From the NCBI GenBank assembly GCA_964363165.1, contig CAYIHB010000001.1, positions 1 through 27,580 on the forward strand: a stretch of DNA of 27,580 bases, given 5' to 3'. This DNA is from an uncultured Candidatus Saccharibacteria bacterium (lineage in GTDB: Bacteria > Patescibacteriota > Minisyncoccia > Phycocordibacterales > UBA9973). Numbering within the stretch: position 1 is the first letter of the stretch; the number at the start of each line of letters is the position of its first letter. A program made the translations under genes and the position numbers. This document shows, piece by piece, positions 15,120-21,325 of this stretch. Below the pieces are notes generated by a model. The model was not told the origin of the DNA. It did no database searches and was given only the letters and a program-made list of their open reading frames with translations.

Positions 15120-17003
15120 TTATTTGAATTTTACCTTCTCTTCTTTAGCCGTTATTATTTTGTCCGGCTGGAAAAATTTGTTCAGTCTTACGGTATTTTT
15201 CTTGACAGCCATACTTCCATCTCTTCCCAATTTGATTTCCAGAAGCATACCCTGCATCGTATCGGCGGAAAAACTCTGGTCAAAAATGAAGTTGCCGAGG
15301 GAATAAGCGATAAAGCCGTTTTTGTAAACTTCCGTGTCTTCAGCTACATGCGGATGCGTACCGATTATAATTTTTGCCCCGTCATCTATCGCTTTATGGG
15401 CCAAATATTCTTGTCTCACATTGTGTTCTGTTTTATATTCTTCTCCAAAATGAAAAGATACAATTAGAAAATCCACTTGTTTTGAGGCATTTTGCACTAT
15501 TTCATCGAAACGCGAATTATTGGCAAGGAGCACGCCGGCACTATTTGCTTTTGCTTCCATCCAGTCCGGTCCCACGTCCGAGAATCCCAAATAGCCTATT
15601 TTCATTCCATATTTTTCAATAACGACCGGCTGTTCGGCTTCATTTTCATTATTTCCTCCTCCGGTGTAAGATATTTCATTTTCTTTCAGATTAGATAAGG
15701 TATCGGCGTATGCATCACGGCCCCAATCTCCGATATGATTATTGGCGACGGAGACTATGGACAATCCTCCTCCCGCAAGCGCGGGTATGACTGAAGGATC
15801 CATTCTGAATGAATATAGATTCCGCATATCTTTACCCGCATCGGATACCGGACCTTCCAAGTTGGCAAAAACGATATCGGATTTTTTCAACATTCCCAGT
15901 TTTTCGAAGAGTGTAGAGTAATCTCCTCCGAAATTTTTATTGACGGAATTTTTTACCCCGCGATCAAGCATTATGTCTCCGCCGAAAGTGAGGGTTACAA
16001 AATCCTGGTCGTATACCAGAGGCACGTCAGTTCTCTCTTTTACCCAGGCAGTATTGGCATCGGCTTCTCCGCCATAATATATGTTTTTGCTCAAATATCT
16101 TAAAATATTTTCCACGTCCTTGAAACGATCCTTGCTTTGCAAAAGTGTGATAGCTATATGGCGGTCTCCGGTTTCCGAAAGGGGAACCGAGAAAAGGGAA
16201 ACAACTGTCTGCAGAGCGGGATCCGTGAATCCGCTCTTGCCGCCCAAATATCCGTCTTCAAGCAGAAATTGATTGGTGCTGGACCAATTATGTTTTTTGT
16301 CGGAATAACTGCGCTTTGTGGTGATTTTGAACAAATCCGGCTGTTTTTGGTTAAGATACCCAGCAAATTTAAACATATCCAAAACCGTCGACTGATTCTT
16401 GGGGGACAGCCCGCTTGGATCCTCGAATGTGGTTTTGGACAATTCCAGTTTTATAGCTTCCTGGTTCATCCTTTTTATGAAGATATCCCGGCCGAAATAC
16501 TCGGCTATTGCCTCCGCGGCATCGTTGCTTGATTCCAAAAGCAGGGGGTAAATAAGATCCGTGAGTTTTATTTTTTCTCCCGCTTTTAAATTTCCGTTTC
16601 TTCCGTATGTGGCCAGTGCCTTCTTAGAAATCTTGGTTGTATCTTCTGAACCCGTCAATTCCTCTGCTATGGATGCGGTCATAAGTTTGGAAACCGAAGC
16701 CAGCGGGAATTGCTTGTCCTGATTTTTTGCCAAAATAATTTCTCCGGTGCCCAAATCGCCGACAAGATACGCCGCCGCGGAAATTTTTACTTTTTGATTC
16801 GGATCTTTTACGAAGTAAGAATATTGTGGGATTGCTTCTTCTGATGCCAGAGATCCTATTACCGTTGCCGTATTTCCATAAGGTTCCATTATTTTTTTGT
16901 GCTCATTATCCCTTAAAAAAACGGACACAAAAAACACACCGGCGACAACAATAAATATTGTCCAAAATACGGATTTTATTTTTTGTTCAAGGGTTGGTTT
17001 CAT
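15120..17003 (-). CDS. Membrane-anchored D-Ala-D-Ala carboxypeptidase (S11) fused to a CapA/PGA_cap domain
   Basis: N-terminal TM; SVSK, SSN, KSG; then GDIMLDR, ANLEGP, ANNH, HFG.EY, GTHPHV, YSLGNFIFDQ. Confidence 0.88.
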   Translation of the reverse strand: MKPTLEQKIKSVFWTIFIVVAGVFFVSVFLRDNEHKKIMEPYGNTATVIGSLASEEAIPQYSYFVKDPNQKVKISAAAYLVGDLGTGEIILAKNQDKQFPLASVSKLMTASIAEELTGSEDTTKISKKALATYGRNGNLKAGEKIKLTDLIYPLLLESSNDAAEAIAEYFGRDIFIKRMNQEAIKLELSKTTFEDPSGLSPKNQSTVLDMFKFAGYLNQKQPDLFKITTKRSYSDKKHNWSSTNQFLLEDGYLGGKSGFTDPALQTVVSLFSVPLSETGDRHIAITLLQSKDRFKDVENILRYLSKNIYYGGEADANTAWVKERTDVPLVYDQDFVTLTFGGDIMLDRGVKNSVNKNFGGDYSTLFEKLGMLKKSDIVFANLEGPVSDAGKDMRNLYSFRMDPSVIPALAGGGLSIVSVANNHIGDWGRDAYADTLSNLKENEISYTGGGNNENEAEQPVVIEKYGMKIGYLGFSDVGPDWMEAKANSAGVLLANNSRFDEIVQNASKQVDFLIVSFHFGEEYKTEHNVRQEYLAHKAIDDGAKIIIGTHPHVAEDTEVYKNGFIAYSLGNFIFDQSFSADTMQGMLLEIKLGRDGSMAVKKNTVRLNKFFQPDKIITAKEEKVKFK

Positions 17004-18925
17004 ACCAATGTGTAATCTATTGTTTTTCTTTCCAAATCAACGCTTTTTACTTTTATTCTGACACGATCGCCTAGGTGATACTTTTTCTTTCTTTTTTGCC
17101 CGACCAGTTCCAGTCTCTTTTCATTAAAAACATAAAAATCATCTTCCATATCCCGTACCCGCACCAGTCCCTCGCATTTTGTTTCCACCTCTTCCACATA
17201 GATGCCCCATTCCGTTATTCCGCTTATTATTCCTTCAAATACTTTGCCTATGCGATAAGACATATACTCAACCTGCTTGTATTTGACAGAGGCCCGTTCG
17301 GCATCCGACGCATACTTTTCCCGTTCCGATGTTTTTCTGGAAATCTCTTCATAGATGCTCAATTTTTCTTTTCCAACCTTTAACCCCCTTAAATAATCCG
17401 TTAAAAGCCTATGTACCACCATATCCGGATACCGTCTGATGGGAGAAGTGAAATGAGTGTAATATTCAAAAGCCAAACCGTAATGCCCGACATTTTTTGT
17501 TGAATAAATCGCTTTTGCCATGGAACGTATGACTGCGCGATGCACCGTATCTTTTTCGTTCTTTTCCGACAGACTATCTAAAAGGTTGTTTAGCTCATGC
17601 GTTGGTATAACTCCATCTATCAAAGATACCTTATGTCCCAAGCTTCTTAGAAAGAAGGCCAGATCTTTCATTTTTTCTTTGCTGGGATTGTCATGTATGC
17701 GGTAGACGAATACGCCGCTTTCTTTTTTCATACCTTTTGAAATAGTTTCCGCGATTTTTTTATTTGCCAGAAGCATGAATTCCTCGATTAGTTTATTGGA
17801 ATCGCCCCGTTCCTTTTTTATTACTTTTATCGGCACTCCGTTTTTGTCCAAAACGAATTTTACTTCCTCCTGTTCAAGCGAGATTGCTCCTTTTGCGAAT
17901 CTTTCCTTGGTTAATTTTTTTGCCAAATTATTTAAAATAGAAAGTTCCCTGTGCAATGGTGCCGAGATCTTTTTAATTGATTCTTCCGCCTGCTCATAAG
18001 TGAATCTTTTTTGAGAATGTATTACGGTGCGTCCATACCATTCCTTTTTGACATGTGCGTTTTTGTCCATGGTAAAAACCGCGCTCATAGTAAGTCTATC
18101 CTTGTTGGGTAGAAGGGAACACAAATCATTTGAAAGTGTTTCTGGAAGCATTGGTATTGTTCTGTCGACTAAATAGACGGAAGTTCCTCTACCTCTGGCC
18201 TCTTTATCGAGCTCGCTTCCGACTTTTACATAGTGAGTGACGTCGGCTATATGTATGCCTATTTCATATTCGTCCTTTGTGATTTCCTTGAATGATATTG
18301 CATCGTCGAAATCTTTAGCGTCTTCGGGATCAACGGTGAAGGTTAGGGTTTTTCTAAAGTCTCGGCGGTTTTTAAAATCTTCATTTTTTATGCCTAGATT
18401 CTTTATTTTCTTTGCCTCTTCTTCTACTTTGCCAGGCAGGTCGCTATTGAAACCCTTCTCTATCGCAATGGCATACATTTCCGCGTTATTGTCGCCCGGT
18501 CGGCCCAAAATTTTTACTATTTTCCCTTCTGGCGCTTTTAACGGATCTTTCCAGGAAATTATCTCCGCGTAAACTTTTTGTTCCGCTCTTGCTCCGTTTA
18601 ACATTTTCTCCGGGATCAGAATATCGGTGTATATTTTGGTATCATCCGGTTTCAAGAAATATATACCTTTTTCTTTTTCCAAAACTCCGGAAAAACCGAT
18701 TTTTGCCCGAGAAACTATTTTTGATATTTCCCCGGTAATGCGTCCGTGTTCTTTTCCGCGCAAAAAGAGCTCTACCGTATCGCCGTGCAGCGCCGTATTT
18801 AAATGTCTGAAATCAATTTCAACATCCTCTTCATAATCTGGGATTTTGACATATCCGATACCTTTCGAGGAAATAGATATGATACCCCGAGTCGTCTTTT
18901 GAATTTTCTTCGCTTTATTTTTCAC
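17000..18925 (-). CDS. rnr: Ribonuclease R (RNB family)
   Basis: TVDPEDAKDFDDAIS, HIADV, IEEFMLLAN, HFTSPIRRYPD and a C-terminal S1 domain. GTG start; ATGA overlap with the downstream gene. Confidence 0.93.
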   Translation of the reverse strand: MKNKAKKIQKTTRGIISISSKGIGYVKIPDYEEDVEIDFRHLNTALHGDTVELFLRGKEHGRITGEISKIVSRAKIGFSGVLEKEKGIYFLKPDDTKIYTDILIPEKMLNGARAEQKVYAEIISWKDPLKAPEGKIVKILGRPGDNNAEMYAIAIEKGFNSDLPGKVEEEAKKIKNLGIKNEDFKNRRDFRKTLTFTVDPEDAKDFDDAISFKEITKDEYEIGIHIADVTHYVKVGSELDKEARGRGTSVYLVDRTIPMLPETLSNDLCSLLPNKDRLTMSAVFTMDKNAHVKKEWYGRTVIHSQKRFTYEQAEESIKKISAPLHRELSILNNLAKKLTKERFAKGAISLEQEEVKFVLDKNGVPIKVIKKERGDSNKLIEEFMLLANKKIAETISKGMKKESGVFVYRIHDNPSKEKMKDLAFFLRSLGHKVSLIDGVIPTHELNNLLDSLSEKNEKDTVHRAVIRSMAKAIYSTKNVGHYGLAFEYYTHFTSPIRRYPDMVVHRLLTDYLRGLKVGKEKLSIYEEISRKTSEREKYASDAERASVKYKQVEYMSYRIGKVFEGIISGITEWGIYVEEVETKCEGLVRVRDMEDDFYVFNEKRLELVGQKRKKKYHLGDRVRIKVKSVDLERKTIDYTLV

Positions 18926-18931
18926 TCTTTT

Positions 18932-18940
18932 AATATAACA
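18932..18940 (-). promoter_or_regulatory. Extended -10 (TG-T-TATATT) of rnr
   Basis: 6 nt before the GTG at 18925. Confidence 0.55.
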
Positions 18941-18953
18941 TAATTCTTCTCAT

Positions 18954-18981
18954 TTGCCTTTTCCGCAAGTTATGTTAGACT
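18954..18981 (+). promoter_or_regulatory. rpsP promoter (TTGCCT, 16 nt, TG-T-TAGACT)
   Basis: -10 ends 7 nt before ATG 18989. Confidence 0.6.
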
Positions 18982-18988
18982 GTCTCTA

Positions 18989-19297
18989 ATGTTAAAAATA
19001 AGACTGCAAAGAATTGGCAGAAAAAATGATCCGTCCTTTCGGGCGGTTTTGACCGATTCGAAAAACAGCACCAAAAGCGGAAAGTTCTTGGAAGTAGTTG
19101 GCACTTACAACCCGAAAGCGGGGGAGACCAGTTTTAAAATAGACAGAATACAATATTGGATTTCAAAAGGCGCCAAGCTTTCCGACACGATGCATAATTT
19201 TTTGGTTCAGCAAAAGGCGATAGAAGGCAAGAAAATAAACGTTTTGCCGAGAAAAAAACCGACACAGAAAAGAAAGGAGTTGAAAGCCAAAAAATAG
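18989..19297 (+). CDS. rpsP: 30S ribosomal protein S16
   Basis: MLKIRLQRIGRKNDPSFR...GKFLEVVGTYNP...YWISKGAKLSDT. Confidence 0.96.
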   Translation: MLKIRLQRIGRKNDPSFRAVLTDSKNSTKSGKFLEVVGTYNPKAGETSFKIDRIQYWISKGAKLSDTMHNFLVQQKAIEGKKINVLPRKKPTQKRKELKAKK

Positions 19298-19308
19298 TCG
19301 TGTATAAT
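19280..19308 (+). promoter_or_regulatory. Sigma70-type promoter for the KH-domain gene (TTGAAA-17-TATAAT)
   Basis: TTGAAA 19280-19285, TATAAT 19303-19308. Confidence 0.7.
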
Positions 19309-19384
19309 TATGAAAAGCAGTGATAATTAATTTCTAAGGTCGTAACGCTGCCAAACATTAAAAATAAAATATTTCCGAACACAT

Positions 19385-19708
19385 ATGCAAGACGCCGACA
19401 AAGTATTTCTGGAATATGTAGTCAAAGCTCTAGTTGATAATCCGAACGATGTAAAACTCGATCGTACTGTCGATGAAATGGGCGTGCTTATCAGTCTGAC
19501 GGTAAATCCCGCTGATATGGGCAAGATTATCGGAAGAATGGGAAACACAGCCAAAGCCATCCGCACCTTGTTGCGAATCATAGGCATGAAAAATAATGCC
19601 CGCGTGAATTTGAAGATCAACGAACCGGAAGGAAGCACCAGGCCGGCAAGCACAGGAAGTGCAACCAAGACCGTTGATCAGGCCATGGAGGACTTGAAAG
19701 GAATATAA
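19385..19708 (+). CDS. khpA: KH-domain RNA-binding protein (KhpA/YlqC)
   Basis: LVDNPNDV...DMGKIIGRMGNTAKAIRTLL (KH GxxG), located after rpsP. Confidence 0.9.
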   Translation: MQDADKVFLEYVVKALVDNPNDVKLDRTVDEMGVLISLTVNPADMGKIIGRMGNTAKAIRTLLRIIGMKNNARVNLKINEPEGSTRPASTGSATKTVDQAMEDLKGI

Positions 19709-19716
19709 AGTGAAAG

Positions 19717-19758
19717 AAAATAAAAACCGTGATATAGTGATATCACGGTTTTTATTTT
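19717..19758 (+). terminator. 19-bp perfect hairpin (probable intrinsic terminator) abutting the trmD start
   Basis: AAAATAAAAACCGTGATAT-AGTG-ATATCACGGTTTTTATTTT, followed immediately by ATG 19759. Confidence 0.7.
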
Positions 19759-20415
19759 ATGCGTTTTCACATTATTACAATTTTCCCGGATATTTTCAGC
19801 TCATATTTGAATGAGTCCATTATCGGGCGGGCGGTTGAAAACAAGTTTATTTCGGTGAAGTTTTACAACCCTAGAGATTTTGTTAAAGATAAAAATAAAA
19901 ATGGCTACAAACCAGTCGACGATAAGCCCTATGGTGGAGGGCCGGGTATGGTTATGCGGGCGGAACCGGTAATTAAAACCATAGAAAAAGTTTTAAGCAA
20001 AACCAAAGGAAAAACGAAGATAATACTTTTTTCTCCGTCCGGAAAGAAATTTGAAACCGCGTATGCGAAAAAACTGGTTAAACAGAAATATACCGACATC
20101 ATTTTAATTTCCGGAAGATATGAAGGAATTGACGCACGGGTAAAAAAAATATTCAAGACGGAAGACATTTCAATAGGGAATTATGTTTTGACCGGCGGAG
20201 AATTACCAGCCATGGTTTTGATTGATTGTGTTTCCCGCCAGATTCCAGGAGTTTTGGGAAAATACGAATCTTTGGAAGAAAAAAGAGTATCCAGCAGCGA
20301 AGTTTATACCCGTCCGGAAAAATTAGTTTATAAAGGAAAAAGTTATAAAGTTCCTAAAGTCCTGCTTTCCGGCCACCGGGCTAAGATAGAAGAATGGAAG
20401 AAAAGAAAGGCCTAG
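19759..20415 (+). CDS. trmD: tRNA (guanine37-N1)-methyltransferase
   Basis: ITIFP, VDDKPYGGGPGMVM, SGRYEGIDARV, SIGNYVLTGGELPAM, YTRP, VPKVLLSG. Confidence 0.97.
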   Translation: MRFHIITIFPDIFSSYLNESIIGRAVENKFISVKFYNPRDFVKDKNKNGYKPVDDKPYGGGPGMVMRAEPVIKTIEKVLSKTKGKTKIILFSPSGKKFETAYAKKLVKQKYTDIILISGRYEGIDARVKKIFKTEDISIGNYVLTGGELPAMVLIDCVSRQIPGVLGKYESLEEKRVSSSEVYTRPEKLVYKGKSYKVPKVLLSGHRAKIEEWKKRKA

Positions 20416-20432
20416 CTAGTTTTAGCTAGGCC

Positions 20433-20461
20433 TTGCCTAGCTGGAGAGTTTTTGATATCAT
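20433..20461 (+). promoter_or_regulatory. RAYT promoter with its -35 inside the left repeat (TTGCCT-17-TG-A-TATCAT)
   Basis: TTGCCT 20433-20438, TATCAT 20456-20461, ATG 6 nt later. Confidence 0.6.
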
Positions 20462-20467
20462 GAATTT

Positions 20468-21133
20468 ATGTCTATACGAAAAGTGGAATTGGTTTCCTAT
20501 GAATATTATCACGTATATAATCGCGGTAATAGCAAACAAAAGATTTTTCTTGACAAAAAAGATTATTTGCGTTTTATAGGTCTCTTATATGCCTGCAACC
20601 AAAAAGATAGTTTGAAAATTGGTAATTTAAATAAAGGGCAAACTCTATTTGATATTGAACGCAAAGAATCATTGGTCAGCATTGGTGCATATTGTCTAAT
20701 GCCCAATCATTTTCATTTATTAATCACTCAATCTGGAGACGATAACATAAGCAATTTTATGCAAAAATTAAGTACAGCATATTGTATGTATTTTAATAAA
20801 AAATACAAAAGGGCCGGTAGTTTATTTGAAGGAAAATTTAAAGCACAGCATCTAAATACAGATCGCTATCTTAAATATTTACTTTCATACATTCATTTAA
20901 ATCCAGTAAAACTTACACAAAAGGACTGGAAAGAAAAGGGGGTTAAAAACGAAAAAGAGGCAGTTGAATATTTGCATAAATATCCTTATTCGAGTTTTTT
21001 AGATTATATAAATACAACAAGAATAGAAGGTAAAATATTAGACAAAAAACCATTCCCAAGATATTTTCGAGACACTAAGTCTTTTTTGTCAGAGATTTTT
21101 GAATGGTTAAGTTATAATGATGCCCTTAGCTAG
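20468..21133 (+). CDS. REP-associated tyrosine transposase (RAYT, IS200-like Y1/HUH)
   Basis: YYHVYNRGN, AYCLMPNHFHLL (HUH), FMQKLSTAYCMYFNKKYKRAGSLFEGKFK, YIHLNP, YPYSS. The stop codon lies inside the right repeat; the gene is visibly AT-rich. Confidence 0.9.
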   Translation: MSIRKVELVSYEYYHVYNRGNSKQKIFLDKKDYLRFIGLLYACNQKDSLKIGNLNKGQTLFDIERKESLVSIGAYCLMPNHFHLLITQSGDDNISNFMQKLSTAYCMYFNKKYKRAGSLFEGKFKAQHLNTDRYLKYLLSYIHLNPVKLTQKDWKEKGVKNEKEAVEYLHKYPYSSFLDYINTTRIEGKILDKKPFPRYFRDTKSFLSEIFEWLSYNDALS

Positions 21134-21152
21134 GCAAGGCCTAGATAGGTCT

Positions 21153-21242
21153 GTTCTGAAGGTTCTGCTTTCCGGGGATCACAAAAAAATAGAGGAGTGG
21201 AAAAAAACTAACCCCGGTGATTTGACAAAAAATAGGATATGA
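21153..21242 (+). pseudogene. Second, diverged copy of the trmD 3' end
   Basis: Reads VLKVLLSGDHKKIEEWKK versus VPKVLLSGHRAKIEEWKK at 20350-20403; 38/54 nt identical by hand count, with a shared core CTGCTTTCCGG. Confidence 0.85.
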
Positions 21243-21249
21243 GTATACT
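21222..21249 (+). promoter_or_regulatory. rpoBC promoter (TTGACA-16-TATACT)
   Basis: Consensus -35 at 21222-21227 and -10 at 21244-21249. Confidence 0.75.
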
Positions 21250-21260
21250 TCTATATAAGA

Positions 21261-21321
21261 GATTGATTGAGTTATGGATGATATCTCAAGTTGATATTAT
21301 AAGGTTTTAGCTTAATCAATC
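21261..21321 (+). promoter_or_regulatory. Long stem-loop occupying the rpoB 5' leader
   Basis: 21261-21274 pairs with 21308-21321 (14 bp, two G-U); inner helix 21279-21285 / 21293-21299. Confidence 0.55.
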
Positions 21322-21325
21322 ATAC

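Larger units (their letters stand above)
20407..21144 (+). mobile_element. RAYT locus: HUH/Y1 transposase bracketed by inverted palindromic repeats
   Basis: Left CTAGGCCTTGCCTAGCT (20426-20442) and right AGCTAGGCAAGGCCTAG (21128-21144) are exact 17-bp reverse complements. An extra 12-bp hairpin lies at 20407-20434; no tnpB. Confidence 0.8.

Noticed and set aside
17000-17002. Recoded UGA (genetic code 25, as in Gracilibacteria/Absconditabacteria)
   Set aside because: All core genes are full length under code 11, and TGA works as the rnr stop in an ATGA overlap.
20468-21133. Ordinary IS200/IS605 element with TnpB
   Set aside because: No tnpB, the protein has RAYT-type motifs and length, and the ends are inverted palindromes.
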